Shown: one piece after another, positions 1 to 9,831 of the stretch
Layout of the letters: the number at the start of each line of letters is the position of its first letter
Numbering within the stretch: position 1 is the first letter of the stretch
Source: Candidatus Sericytochromatia bacterium
GTDB lineage: Bacteria; Cyanobacteriota; Sericytochromatia; S15B-MN24; VGJW01
Length of the DNA: 64,000 nucleotides
Assembly (NCBI GenBank): GCA_035285865.1
Contig: JAYKHS010000022.1
Span: 128,273-192,272 of the forward strand
Reading direction: 5' to 3'
Notes under the pieces: model-generated
Told to the model about the DNA's origin: nothing
The model's input: only the letters and a program-made list of their open reading frames with translations
The model's database searches: none
Program-made: the position numbers and the translations under genes

Positions 1-264
1 TTGACCGGTCATCGGGAGACGCTGGTTGGCCACACCGAAGCCGTCGAGGCCGACGCGCCCGGTCCAGCGTCCTTCGGTGGCCGCCTGTCGCTCGAGGCGA
101 GCACGCAACTGGCCGATGCGCGCAAGAGCCACGTCCGGATGTGTCTTGCGAACCATGTCCAGCAATTGGCCGAGGTCCAGCGCCACGGGGGTTGCCGTGG
201 CCGCGCTGCCCAGCACCAGCCACGTCATGAGGGTCAGTGCCCATCCATGTCGCTTTGAAGTCAT
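1..264 (-). CDS. TolC-family outer membrane efflux protein, N-terminal part (runs off window)
   Basis: Own translation [49 protein letters not shown]...: signal peptide followed by a TolC-like first helix. ATGA overlap with the ABC ATPase stop. Confidence 0.6.
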   Translation of the reverse strand, partial: MTSKRHGWALTLMTWLVLGSAATATPVALDLGQLLDMVRKTHPDVALARIGQLRARLERQAATEGRWTGRVGLDGFGVANQRLPMTGQ

Positions 265-956
265 GCGGCCTGCCCGTCGTCGCTGGCGACCTGACCATCT
301 GCCAGCACCACCCGGCGGCTGGCGCGTGCCGCAACGACCGGATCGTGCGTCACCATCACGATGGTCGAACCCTGGCGGTGCAGGTCCGAGAAGAGGTCGA
401 GAATCTCGTGACTGGTCCGCGAGTCCAGAGCGCCCGTGGGCTCATCGGCGAGCAGCAGGGTGGGACGGGTCACGAGGGCCCGGGCGATGGCGACGCGTTG
501 TTGCTGGCCGCCCGAGAGCTGACTGGGCCAGTGCGTCCGCCGTTCGGCGAGGCCGACGCGAACCAGGGCCTCGCGGGCGCGTGCCAGACGCTCCGAACGA
601 GAGACTCCCGCGTACACCAAGGGCAAGGCGACGTTCTCTTCGGCCGTCGTCCGCGCAAGCAGGTGGAACTGCTGAAAGATGAAACCCAGGTGCCGATTGC
701 GCAGGCGCGCAAGGCCGGCATCATCCAGCGCAGCGACATCATGTCCGTCTATGGCGAGATGCCCTGAAGTCGCCCGATCAAGGCATCCCAGCAGGTTGAG
801 CAGGGTCGACTTGCCGGACCCGCTCGAACCGGTGATGGCCACCCAGGATCCGTGGGGCACGCTCAGGCTGACGCCGGCCAAGGCCTGGACCGTCCCCTCC
901 CCCTGCGCGTAGCTGCGGACCAGACCCTCGCCCTTCACGGCGTCGGGACGACTCAC
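261..956 (-). CDS. ABC transporter ATP-binding protein (MacB/LolD-type)
   Basis: Walker [10 protein letters not shown], signature [23 protein letters not shown] start overlaps the hemL stop. Confidence 0.92.
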   Translation of the reverse strand: MSRPDAVKGEGLVRSYAQGEGTVQALAGVSLSVPHGSWVAITGSSGSGKSTLLNLLGCLDRATSGHLAIDGHDVAALDDAGLARLRNRHLGFIFQQFHLLARTTAEENVALPLVYAGVSRSERLARAREALVRVGLAERRTHWPSQLSGGQQQRVAIARALVTRPTLLLADEPTGALDSRTSHEILDLFSDLHRQGSTIVMVTHDPVVAARASRRVVLADGQVASDDGQAA

Positions 957-2254
957 GTGCCCGTCACTACGGCCGTGAAGGCCGCCGCCGCTGCCTTGCG
1001 CGTCACATCCAGCGTTTCGGCGTCGTGGGTGGCCGAAACGAACCATGCCTCGTATTGCGAGGGAGGCAAGAGGACTCCGTTGGCACGCATGGCCCGGTGG
1101 AACCGTCCGAAGGCCTGTGTGTCGGATCGGGCTGCGCTGTCCCAGTCCGTGACCGGACCCTCGGTGAAGAACACCGTCAGCATGGAGCCGACGCGTTGCA
1201 CCGTCACGCGCGCGCCGGCACGGGCCGCTTCTTCGGTCATGACTTCGGCCACGGCAGCGGAGGAGGCTTCGAGGTCCTCGTAGAAGCCCGGTGCGGCAAG
1301 CTTGCGCAGCGTCGCGAGCCCCCCTGCGACGGCGACGGGATTGCCCGACATTGTGCCGGCCTGGTACATCGGGCCTTCGGGGGCCACCATCGCCATCAGA
1401 TCGGCCCGGCCGCCATAGGCGCCACAGGGCACGCCGCCGCCCACGATCTTGGCGAGGCACGTGACGTCCGGCGTGACGCCATAGCGGGCCTGGGCACCGC
1501 CGAAGGCCACGCGGAAGCCGGTCATCACCTCATCGAAGACCAGCAGCGCGCCGTTCCGGGTGCACAGGTCCCGCAGGCCTTCGAGGAATCCCGGGTTTGG
1601 CGGAATCAGACCGGCGTTGCCCACCACCGGCTCGAGGAAAACGCCGGCGATGCTGTCGGGGTGCGCGGCGAAAGCGGCTGCAACGGCTTCGAGGTCATTG
1701 AAGGGCAGGGCGAGGGTGCCTGCCGCCGTGGAGGCCAATACGCCGGGGCTGTCGGGAAGCCCGAGGGTCGCCACGCCCGATCCGGCCCGGACGAGCAGGG
1801 CGTCGACATGGCCGTGGTAGCAGCCGATGAACTTGATGATGCGCTCGCGCCCGGTGGCTGCCCTGGCGAGGCGGACCGCGCTCATGGCGGCCTCGGTGCC
1901 CGAGTTCACGAGCCGGACGCGCTCCAGCGAGGGAACGGCCTCGATGAGGGCGCGGGCCAGGACGTTTTCACCGGCGCTCGGCATGCCGAAGGCAAAGCCG
2001 CGGGTGGTCGCGTCCTGCACGGCCGCGACCACGTCGGGGTCGGCGTGACCCAGGATGGCCGGGCCCCAGGCGCCGATGTAGTCGACCAGACGGGTCCCGT
2101 CTTCGTCCCACAGCCAAGGACCCTTCGCACGGGCCACGAAGACTGGATCGCCGCCGACGGCACGGAAGGCGCGGACGGGGCTGTTGACCCCGCCGGGCAT
2201 GAGGGTGCGTGCCTCATCCCAGAGCTGGGCCTGGCGGGTCGTGACGGAAGTCAT
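953..2254 (-). CDS. hemL: glutamate-1-semialdehyde 2,1-aminomutase
   Basis: MPGGVNSPVRAF, VNSGTEA, GCYHGH, FDEVMTGFR, YQAGTMSGNP, PPSQYEAWF. Confidence 0.97.
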   Translation of the reverse strand: MTSVTTRQAQLWDEARTLMPGGVNSPVRAFRAVGGDPVFVARAKGPWLWDEDGTRLVDYIGAWGPAILGHADPDVVAAVQDATTRGFAFGMPSAGENVLARALIEAVPSLERVRLVNSGTEAAMSAVRLARAATGRERIIKFIGCYHGHVDALLVRAGSGVATLGLPDSPGVLASTAAGTLALPFNDLEAVAAAFAAHPDSIAGVFLEPVVGNAGLIPPNPGFLEGLRDLCTRNGALLVFDEVMTGFRVAFGGAQARYGVTPDVTCLAKIVGGGVPCGAYGGRADLMAMVAPEGPMYQAGTMSGNPVAVAGGLATLRKLAAPGFYEDLEASSAAVAEVMTEEAARAGARVTVQRVGSMLTVFFTEGPVTDWDSAARSDTQAFGRFHRAMRANGVLLPPSQYEAWFVSATHDAETLDVTRKAAAAAFTAVVTGT

Positions 2255-3363
2255 GGGCGGAAGAGCTCCAGGATGTCCTTGAGGGTGACGATGGCGATGA
2301 GACCCAGCATGGCGACCATGCCGACCGAGTGGATGGTGCCCTCGAGTCGTCTCGGCAAGGGCCGACGGACGATGGCCTCGAAGGCCAGCAGCAAAAGCCG
2401 TCCGCCATCGAGGGCCGGAAGCGGCAGGAAGTTCACCACCGCCAGATTCAGGTTGATGAGCGCGGCGAAGAACAGGTACTGCGCGAGGTCATGAACCATC
2501 CGGCTGCCCAGGTGGACGATGGCGATCGGGCCACCGACCGTGTCCAGGGGGAGTTTTCCGGTCACGAGCATGCCCAGCCCGCGGATCATCGTGGTCGCGA
2601 TGGACCAGGTGCGTTCGCCACTGGTGCGCAGCAGCTCGAGACCATCGGCCGCAGGAGTGTAGCGGATGTCGACAGGGGGCGAGATCGCCACGCCCAGCTT
2701 GCCGCGGTCGTCCGGCGAGACCGTCAGGGATAGCGTGGCCGTACCCGTACCTGCCGCACGACGGACGAGGATCGACACCGTCGCGCCGGCATGGGGGCCG
2801 AGGCCCGCCGCGAAGTCCTCGATGGCCGTGAGCGGCTTGCCGGCGATGGCCAGCACGCTGTCCCCATCCTTGATGCCGGCTTCGCGGGCACGGGCTGAGG
2901 CGACCTGCTGGATGACGACGCCCTCTCGGCCAATGTCCCGAGGCGTGGCGTGGGGAATCCCCTGAAGGCCTAGTTGGGCAAGCACGCAGAGCCATCCGCC
3001 AATCACGTTGAACACGATGCCGCCAACCATGACCCACATCCGGACCGGGATGCTGCGGCCTTCGAGGGCGTCGCCCGGCCAAGCGTCCTCGTCGTCATCT
3101 TCCTTGCCCTCAGCCGGGGGCAGCGAGAGATCGCAGTACCCGCCGAATGGAATGGCATTCAGGCGAAAACGGGTGCCGGCCCACTCACGTGACCAAAGTG
3201 CGGGCCCGAAGCCGATCCCGAACTGTCGGACCGGAACCCCGACAGAGCGTGCCGCCAGGTAATGTCCTGCCTCATGCAGCAGGATGAGGAGCGCCAGCAG
3301 CAGGATGATCGCCAAGACCATGGCGGGTCCGCCGCCGGCGGGGACGCCAGGCACCATCGGCAT
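2251..3363 (-). CDS. rseP: RIP metalloprotease, M50 family with PDZ (start may be 3321)
   Basis: HEAGH, FGIGFGP, IPFGGY, GPIAI, NFLPLPALDGG. Confidence 0.92.
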   Translation of the reverse strand: MPMVPGVPAGGGPAMVLAIILLLALLILLHEAGHYLAARSVGVPVRQFGIGFGPALWSREWAGTRFRLNAIPFGGYCDLSLPPAEGKEDDDEDAWPGDALEGRSIPVRMWVMVGGIVFNVIGGWLCVLAQLGLQGIPHATPRDIGREGVVIQQVASARAREAGIKDGDSVLAIAGKPLTAIEDFAAGLGPHAGATVSILVRRAAGTGTATLSLTVSPDDRGKLGVAISPPVDIRYTPAADGLELLRTSGERTWSIATTMIRGLGMLVTGKLPLDTVGGPIAIVHLGSRMVHDLAQYLFFAALINLNLAVVNFLPLPALDGGRLLLLAFEAIVRRPLPRRLEGTIHSVGMVAMLGLIAIVTLKDILELFRP

Positions 3364-3392
3364 GGCCCCAAGCGTATCACGGCAGGGCGGGA

Positions 3393-3421
3393 TTGACCCC
3401 GGCTCGCGGCCTCGCTAACAT
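3393..3421 (+). promoter_or_regulatory. sigma70-type promoter of tRNA-Gln
   Basis: TTGACC-N17-TAACAT ending 14 nt before the tRNA. Confidence 0.6.
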
Positions 3422-3434
3422 TGGCGCTCGTTGG

Positions 3435-3506
3435 TGGGGCGTCGCCAAGCGGTAAGGCATCGGCCTTTGGAGCCGACATTCGTAGGTTCGAATCCTACCG
3501 CCCCAG
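3435..3506 (+). tRNA. tRNA-Gln(TTG)
   Basis: TGGGGCG...CGCCCCAG acceptor stem; anticodon arm TCGGC-CTTTGGA-GCCGA; GGTTCGAATCC T-loop; CCA not encoded. Confidence 0.96.
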
Positions 3507-3546
3507 TTCGGCTCCGGATGGCCCGCAAGGGAGGAGATGGAGTCTT

Positions 3547-4131
3547 ATGGTCAGGGTCGTCGGTCTGGGAGGCGCCCTGGGGGATGCCTCCGTCACCTCG
3601 GCGGCGCTCAGGCTGGTGCTTGCCGAGGCCGAGCGCGCGGGCGCGGGGACGGCGTTGCTGGATCTCAACGAACTGGCCCTGCCCCTCTTCGATGCCCGCA
3701 ACCGCGAGGGCGGCGAACCCGTCGCGCGCTTGCTGGCCGAAGTCCGTTCGGCCGATGCGATGGTCTGGTGCAGCCCCCTTTACCACGGTACGGTCAGCGG
3801 GACCTTCAAGAACGCGCTGGATTGGCTGGAGCTGCTCGCCAAGGATGAGCGGGCCTACCTGACGGACGTGCCGATTGGCCTCGTGGCGGCGGCCGGAGGA
3901 ACGCAGGGCATGCAGGCGATCAACACGATGGAGTATGCCGTCCGGGCCTTGCGTGGTCTGACGGTGCCCTATGTGGTGGCCATCTCGCGGGCGTGGCAGG
4001 CCTTCGATCAGGCGGGCCAGCCTGCGGAACCCGTCGTGGGTCAGCAGTTGGCGATCCTGGGGCGGGAGGTCGTGCGCCTTGCAGACGTCCTGAAGCGGGG
4101 CCGCCATGTCCCGACCTTGGGTGTTTCTTAA
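3547..4131 (+). CDS. NADPH-dependent FMN reductase (SsuE/FMN_red family)
   Basis: SPLYHGTVSGTFKNALDW, AAGGTQG. Confidence 0.88.
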   Translation: MVRVVGLGGALGDASVTSAALRLVLAEAERAGAGTALLDLNELALPLFDARNREGGEPVARLLAEVRSADAMVWCSPLYHGTVSGTFKNALDWLELLAKDERAYLTDVPIGLVAAAGGTQGMQAINTMEYAVRALRGLTVPYVVAISRAWQAFDQAGQPAEPVVGQQLAILGREVVRLADVLKRGRHVPTLGVS

Positions 4132-4177
4132 CCCATAGATAGGCAACTTCTCCGAGGGGGGCGGCGATAAACCCCGT

Positions 4178-5410
4178 ATGAAGGTTCGCCACATCCGCCC
4201 TGCAGTCCGCGCTGTCGCGGCGCTGCTGGCCGTCACCGCCGGTCTCGCCGGGTGTGGTTCCTCGCCGTCGGCAGCCGGTCTCGGTGGCCTCGCCGTTCCG
4301 GATGGGGTGGATGCCTTCGGGGCCGAGCCCGATCAGGCGGGACGTCGGTTGCAGGCTTACTTCAATGACACCTACGGGTCCACAATTGCCTCGAACGAGC
4401 CCAAGGCGCGCAAGAGCGCGACCAACACGGACAAGTCGTTCCTCGATCTGATTGCCAAGGCGCGCAAGTCCATCGACGGCTCCTTCTACGACATCGCGGA
4501 TCCCGATGCGGTCGCGGCCTTGGTACGGGCTTCCCGGCGTGGTGTGAAAGTCCGGTTGACGACCGACACGGACAACATGGTCGATCACGAGAATCCGTCC
4601 AAGCAGCGCCTCGCCATTGGGCAACTGCGCCAGGCCGGCGTGCGCATCCGCGACGATCAGCGCTCGGCCATCATGCACAACAAGTTCATGATCCTCGACG
4701 AGAAGACGGTCTGGACGGGGTCGACCAATCTGACGACCAGCAGCCTCTATCGGCACAACAACAACGCGATGGTGCTGGAGAGCGAGACCTTGGCGTCCCG
4801 TTATCGCCGGACCTTCAACACGATGTTCGTCGATGGCGTTTTCGGTCCTGCCGGAACCCTCTCGAGCATCGGTGGCGATGGCCCCTTCCACGTGGGCAGC
4901 GCCGAAGTCAGCCTCTACTTCTCTCCCAAGGGTGGCGGGCGTGACGCCGTGGTCGAGGAGCTGCGCAAGGCGCGCAAGTCGATCCATTTCATGACCTTCT
5001 CGCTGACGGACAAGGAAATCGGCGAGACGCTGGTGCAGAAGTCCAAGCGTGGCGTAGAGGTTTCCGGCGTGTTCGACCGCTGGCTGGCCGCCGGGCAGTA
5101 TTCGCTCTACGCCCCGTTCCGGATGTCGGGCATGTCCGTGGTCAAGGACGGAAACGAGGCCCTGATGCACCACAAGGTGATTCTGGTGGATGGCCAGACG
5201 ATCATCAGCGGCTCTTACAACTACTCGAAGAATGCGGAGAACGCCAACAACGAGTCGTTCCTGATCATCAAGGGTGACCTTGGTTTAGCGCAGCGTTACG
5301 AGCGTGAGTTCCGCAGGCTCATCTACGCGGCGCGCAACAACCGCCCGCCTGCTTTCAAGCCCAAGGATCCCGAACTCAAGGCCGAAGACCCGACGGGCGA
5401 TCAGCCCTAG
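4178..5410 (+). CDS. phospholipase D-family lipoprotein (two HKD motifs, Nuc-like)
   Basis: Lipobox LAGC; MHNKFMILD...GSTN and MHHKVILVD...GSYN. Confidence 0.9.
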   Translation: MKVRHIRPAVRAVAALLAVTAGLAGCGSSPSAAGLGGLAVPDGVDAFGAEPDQAGRRLQAYFNDTYGSTIASNEPKARKSATNTDKSFLDLIAKARKSIDGSFYDIADPDAVAALVRASRRGVKVRLTTDTDNMVDHENPSKQRLAIGQLRQAGVRIRDDQRSAIMHNKFMILDEKTVWTGSTNLTTSSLYRHNNNAMVLESETLASRYRRTFNTMFVDGVFGPAGTLSSIGGDGPFHVGSAEVSLYFSPKGGGRDAVVEELRKARKSIHFMTFSLTDKEIGETLVQKSKRGVEVSGVFDRWLAAGQYSLYAPFRMSGMSVVKDGNEALMHHKVILVDGQTIISGSYNYSKNAENANNESFLIIKGDLGLAQRYEREFRRLIYAARNNRPPAFKPKDPELKAEDPTGDQP

Positions 5411-5452
5411 GCTTGTCAATTCCTTAACGGCGCAGGCGTATGGCTAGATAAC

Positions 5453-6154
5453 ATGACCATGCGCAATCCTGCCCTGCTTTCCGTCTTGCTTGCCGCCGGC
5501 TGCGGCGCTGCCGTTCCCGTGCCTGCCCCGGATCCGGCTGCTCCCGTGAGGTTCGACGCAGCCGCTCTTGCCGGCAAGGACTCTGTCCGGGATGCCGAGT
5601 TGGTCAAGTTGGGAAGCTGGATGGTCGGTGCCTACGCAAGCACGGCACAGGCCAACAGCGATCCGGCTTTCTTCGACGTGCGCCTGCACATCGCCCGCAT
5701 CTGGCGCTGGCGTACCGACGCCGTCTGGCTTTATGTCGAGCAGGCGATGGCCACGCATTTGGATCAGCCCTATCGCCAGCGGGTGTACCGCCTGACGCGC
5801 GTCGCCCCTGCCCGTTTCGAGAGCGCCGTTTTCACCCTGCCGGACCCTGAGTCCGCGATCGGGGCCTGGAGGTCTGCCAACCCGCTCGCGGATCTCGAAC
5901 CCGGCCGCCTGCTCGAGCGGCAAGGCTGCAGCGTGTTTCTCGACCGCACCGCGACGGGCTACTCGGGTGGCACGGAAGGTCTTGGCTGCGGCAGCGACAT
6001 CAACGGGGCGCGCTACGCGACGAGTGAGGTATCCGTCGATGGTCGTCGGCTCGTGTCGTGGGACCGCGGTTACGATGCCGGGGGGCGGCAGGTCTGGGGG
6101 GCCCGCAAAGGCGGTTACGTCTTCGACAAAAATGCCTCGAGTCCCATCCGCTAA
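5453..6154 (+). CDS. CpcT/CpeT-family (bilin lyase-like) lipoprotein
   Basis: WLYVEQA, PYRQRVY, GARYATSEV, SWDRGYD..GRQVWG..GGYVF; lipobox LAAGC. Confidence 0.85.
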   Translation: MTMRNPALLSVLLAAGCGAAVPVPAPDPAAPVRFDAAALAGKDSVRDAELVKLGSWMVGAYASTAQANSDPAFFDVRLHIARIWRWRTDAVWLYVEQAMATHLDQPYRQRVYRLTRVAPARFESAVFTLPDPESAIGAWRSANPLADLEPGRLLERQGCSVFLDRTATGYSGGTEGLGCGSDINGARYATSEVSVDGRRLVSWDRGYDAGGRQVWGARKGGYVFDKNASSPIR

Positions 6155-6276
6155 CCTTAAACATTTGTTAGTGCTCCGTGACGCCAGTCCCGGCCTGATC
6201 TCCCCGATAAATCCAATGTGACGATGTCGCATCCCGGGGGGGAAGCGGGCAGTCGCGTATGCGGGGGATTCTTCAG

Positions 6277-6885
6277 ATGGAGACACTGGAACGCTACAAC
6301 CAGGGTGCCTTGAAGGCTCGGTTGGTGCACCTCCCGTTGGGCCCCGGCGAGCAGCCCGGCTCCATCCCGGTCCGGGGCGAACGCGAGATCGAGCGCATGA
6401 TCTCAGACAGTCTGAAGCTGTCCCAAGCGGCCACGCCCGGGATATCGCCAGAAGGCCGAGCCGACATGGACCGCCTTGCGCGGGTAGCCGCTCGCCGCGC
6501 AGGTGGCCGTTCCCCGGAGGGTTGGTGCTATCGGGAGGTCTGGGGGCACCTGATGGAGTCCGGTTATGCGAAGCTCACCCAGACGAGCATTCCCGATTCG
6601 CATTCCGCGTATGCCCGACAGTTCGGCGAATACCTCAACGCCGGTGACAATGCCAAGCGTCTCGGCATGCAACGCCTGCCGATTGACAATCCCTACGACG
6701 CCCCCAAGGGCTCGATCGTGGTCGTTCGCCCCGGGACTCCCGGAACGGCGCATCCGACAGCGGGCGACATCGCCGTCGCCATGGGAGGCGGACGGTTCCT
6801 GAACGATGGCGAAATGCGGTATGGCGGCCGGGCAAATTTCCCGCCGGGAAACCGTCACGTCATCGGCATCTACGCGCCACTGTAA
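6277..6885 (+). CDS. hypothetical protein, possible CHAP/NlpC-like cell-wall amidase domain
   Basis: GWCYREVW, APKGSIVV, HPTAGDIAVA; clean coding frame. Confidence 0.5.
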   Translation: METLERYNQGALKARLVHLPLGPGEQPGSIPVRGEREIERMISDSLKLSQAATPGISPEGRADMDRLARVAARRAGGRSPEGWCYREVWGHLMESGYAKLTQTSIPDSHSAYARQFGEYLNAGDNAKRLGMQRLPIDNPYDAPKGSIVVVRPGTPGTAHPTAGDIAVAMGGGRFLNDGEMRYGGRANFPPGNRHVIGIYAPL

Positions 6886-6886
6886 T

Positions 6887-7630
6887 TCAGGGGCGCGAGG
6901 ACTCCAGGACCAGATCGAGCTGAATATCGACTTGGTCCTTGTTCTTGAGCAGGCCCCCCAGGGCTTCATAGGGACGGATCCCGTAGTTGCTGGTCAGCAG
7001 GCGGAAATTGCCGCGGGCGCGGAGTCGGCCACCTTCCTGTCCGACGGTCATTCGTGTACGCAGTGGACGCGTCACGCCATGCAGCGTGAAGGCCCCTTCC
7101 ACGTCCCATATGCCACTTCCCAGAGGCAGCACGCGGCTTGAGCGGAATCGGATCCACGGGTGCCGGGCCACGTCCAACTGGTCGGCACCCTGCATGTGAT
7201 CGAGCACGGTCGCACGGTCGCCCTCGGACAGGCTGCCGGGCAGGCCGACCTTGCGGCGAAGCTCGATCCTGTCCGGGCGCAAGCTGCGGGCATCGACCTC
7301 GAAGCTGACGGCGGCGCGGTCGCCTCCGTCTCGCGGGATCGTGACCTCCCCGCGGAATGCCGTAGCCTCGATGACGTGGTCGTGAGCCAGAGCTCCGGCA
7401 AGGCCATCGCGCCACACGCGGACCAGCAGGTCACTGTCGCTGCCCGGGCGAGCGACATAAGCCTCGCCGATGCCGGACTGTGGCGCGTCCCCTCGAGGGG
7501 GCATCATCGGCAACGCAGGTTCCGGCGCTGCAATCGCCCCGGATCTCGGCGTCAAGCCCGTGCCACAGGCCACGAGGACAAGCAGGGCGGTTCCCAATGC
7601 GGGAGTCGGGATCGAGAGACGCATCAGCAA
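6887..7630 (-). CDS. YceI-family lipid/polyisoprenoid-binding lipoprotein
   Basis: LAHDH, LDVARHPWIRF, GAFTLHGVTRP, YGIRPY; lipobox LVAC. Confidence 0.85.
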   Translation of the reverse strand: MLMRLSIPTPALGTALLVLVACGTGLTPRSGAIAAPEPALPMMPPRGDAPQSGIGEAYVARPGSDSDLLVRVWRDGLAGALAHDHVIEATAFRGEVTIPRDGGDRAAVSFEVDARSLRPDRIELRRKVGLPGSLSEGDRATVLDHMQGADQLDVARHPWIRFRSSRVLPLGSGIWDVEGAFTLHGVTRPLRTRMTVGQEGGRLRARGNFRLLTSNYGIRPYEALGGLLKNKDQVDIQLDLVLESSRP

Positions 7631-7711
7631 CCGCCAGTCATATTCGGCAAACGGACAACGGACGTAATCGTATCGCTTTTGTTTAGTTTTTGTAAAATTG
7701 CTGGCCGCTGA

Positions 7712-8167
7712 TCAGGCGGCTCTAGGGTGTCCTTCTTCCGCGAGAATCAATTTGGTGAAGTTGTCGACCCACGTCAGATCCAGATCCGGCCGCGCACGGC
7801 CAAGTTCCTCGCGGGCCGAGGCGAGGCGGGTCAGCCGGTCCGAATCGTCCTCGGGGACAGGAGCCTCGAAATGCGCCAGCAGGACTCGGGTGCCCTCCGT
7901 CAGATCCTCGGTGGCCTCGGCCTCGACCCAAGCGAGGATTGCAGCGTCGTCCGCCCCGGTCCGGATCGTGTCCAGCAGGGCTTCGGCATCGAGCCCGAAG
8001 GTGTCGAGGAATCGCTGGTCTCCGCCGCATGGATAGGGGATGTATTCCCCCATGGTCCCGGCGAGGTGGGCCCGTGCCTTGTCGATCAGGCGCGGAAGCC
8101 AAGGGAGGCCGCCCAACCGGTCGAGGGGGCTGCGTGGACAGGTTCGGGAGAGATCGAGCGCGTTCAT
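7712..8167 (-). CDS. DUF5069-like protein
   Basis: PRSP...LGGLPWLPRLIDKARA...GEY...C..DQRFL. Confidence 0.75.
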   Translation of the reverse strand: MNALDLSRTCPRSPLDRLGGLPWLPRLIDKARAHLAGTMGEYIPYPCGGDQRFLDTFGLDAEALLDTIRTGADDAAILAWVEAEATEDLTEGTRVLLAHFEAPVPEDDSDRLTRLASAREELGRARPDLDLTWVDNFTKLILAEEGHPRAA

Positions 8168-8181
8168 GCCCAAAGCCTACC

Positions 8182-8574
8182 TCAGCCGGGGGATGGGGTA
8201 GGGGACGCCGATGGCATCGCCGTGCCGCCGGATGAAGGTCCAGGGTCCTGAGTCGAGGATGCCTCCGGCGTGGCGGATGGTGTCGCAGGGGCATTCAGCG
8301 GAGGAAGTGCGCTGCCAGAATCCGGGCCGCCAGTGGGCTGGTCGGACGGACCGCCACCCATGCCATCGTTCCCCGTCGCCTTGGCTTCGGACAAGGCAGG
8401 TGCCTGTCCAGCGCTGCCGCCTGCCAGCGGCGCATTCCATCCGTCGAGCGGGGGGAGGGAACTCGCCAACTCTCCGCTCAGCCCGGCCGGTATCGGGACG
8501 ATGGGTTCGACCGGTCCACGAACGATGCAGCCCGCAAGGAGAACTATGGGCCAGAAGCGTGGATCCCTTGTCAT
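8182..8574 (-). CDS. small Pro/Ser/Gly-rich putative lipoprotein
   Basis: MTRDPRFWPIVLLAGC lipobox; ATGA overlap with the upstream XRE-TPR gene. Confidence 0.55.
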   Translation of the reverse strand: MTRDPRFWPIVLLAGCIVRGPVEPIVPIPAGLSGELASSLPPLDGWNAPLAGGSAGQAPALSEAKATGNDGMGGGPSDQPTGGPDSGSALPPLNAPATPSATPEASSTQDPGPSSGGTAMPSASPTPSPG

Positions 8575-9716
8575 CCGTCGACACCCTCCGGTCCGTTCAA
8601 CAGCTCCTGCCAGGCCGGGAGGTCGGCCACGGCAGTGAAATCCTGATCCGCGTCTTGCCGAAGGATGTCGCGGGCTGCGGGATTCAGCAGCAGGACCCGC
8701 GTGGCATCCGCGATGCAGCCCGCGACCAAGCGGCCGGCAAGTGACCCGCCCGGACGGGCCTTGCCGGAGGCGCGCGCCCGGGCCGCCGCCCGGACGTAAA
8801 GGCTGTACCAGTACGTCGGGCAAAGCAGCACCACGGCGTCGAGCATGGCCAGTGCCGGCGCGTGCTGTCCGAGGCGGCTGAGCGCATAGGCTCCGTAGGT
8901 CCGCAGGTCCAGCGACGAGGTCGTATGGATGCGTTCCGCCTCGGGGCGTCCGGTCCAGGCGAGCACCTCCTGCACGACGGCGCGCCACTTGCCGAGCGCA
9001 AGGCCGCTGTAGCACAGGCCCGCAAGGGCTCGTTCCGGCTGTTCCAGGCCTGCCGAGACGGCAGCACGGAAGTCGGCGCTGGCTGCGGCGTGCTGCCCGA
9101 GATCCTGACGGGCGAGGCCGCGGTCGTACAGGAGATCGGGGCGACCGGGCGAGGTTGGGGGGTGTTCGCTTCTCTCCAGTTCGGCGAGTGCCGCCGTGAA
9201 GGCACGTTCGGCATCGGCGGGTCTGCCTGCCTTGAGGTAGGCAACGCCAAGGCCGGCTTCAGCCAGGCCAAGGGCCACCTCGCCTTGCTGGGCAGCCTGC
9301 CGAAGCAGCACGATGGCCCTGTCCGGCTGGCCGTTCCGCAGATTGGCGAGGCCTGCCGCGAAGCGTCCGGGGGCCTCCGGTCTGAGCGGAGCATGCTGCA
9401 AGACGGGTGGAAGGGGCGGGACCTCGGAGGTGACGGCTTCCTCAGCGCTGCCGCCAAGTGCCCGGATCGGCACTTCCAGTGCCTCGGACAGGCGCTGCAG
9501 CAATTCGGGGGTCGGGCGGCGCGCGGGCATCGTGCCAGAGCGAGCGGCCTCGCGGGACGCGCGCACCAACTGCCACAAATGCGCGTGGGACACGCCCACC
9601 GTCTTGCCCAGAGTTCGATAGTCGAGCCCGCGCTGCTGCATCAGCGCCGTGAGCGCCTCGCCGAATGGCGTGCTCTCGGACTCGGGATGGGAAGACGTGT
9701 CCTCTCGCATGAACAT
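8571..9716 (-). CDS. XRE-family HTH + TPR-repeat regulator (start 9710-9731 uncertain)
   Basis: N-terminal FGEALTALMQQRGLDYRTLGKTVGVSHAHL...PTPELLQRLSEALEV; TPR helices (LGVAYLKAG, LYDRGLARQDLG). Confidence 0.8.
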   Translation of the reverse strand: MFMREDTSSHPESESTPFGEALTALMQQRGLDYRTLGKTVGVSHAHLWQLVRASREAARSGTMPARRPTPELLQRLSEALEVPIRALGGSAEEAVTSEVPPLPPVLQHAPLRPEAPGRFAAGLANLRNGQPDRAIVLLRQAAQQGEVALGLAEAGLGVAYLKAGRPADAERAFTAALAELERSEHPPTSPGRPDLLYDRGLARQDLGQHAAASADFRAAVSAGLEQPERALAGLCYSGLALGKWRAVVQEVLAWTGRPEAERIHTTSSLDLRTYGAYALSRLGQHAPALAMLDAVVLLCPTYWYSLYVRAAARARASGKARPGGSLAGRLVAGCIADATRVLLLNPAARDILRQDADQDFTAVADLPAWQELLNGPEGVDG

Positions 9717-9831
9717 GGTCACTGTATACAAGAATAGTTTACAATTTCAAGCATTCTGGTGCTGTAAATACGCTTTGAGGGTAGAGAGCTTGAAGCGTAG
9801 TTGAGGCCGATGGCCGGGGAGAGCGAGATTC

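Noticed and set aside
4178..5410. PLD as an anti-phage nuclease
   Set aside because: Has a lipoprotein signal and no helicase or defence neighbours; more likely an envelope nuclease or lipase.
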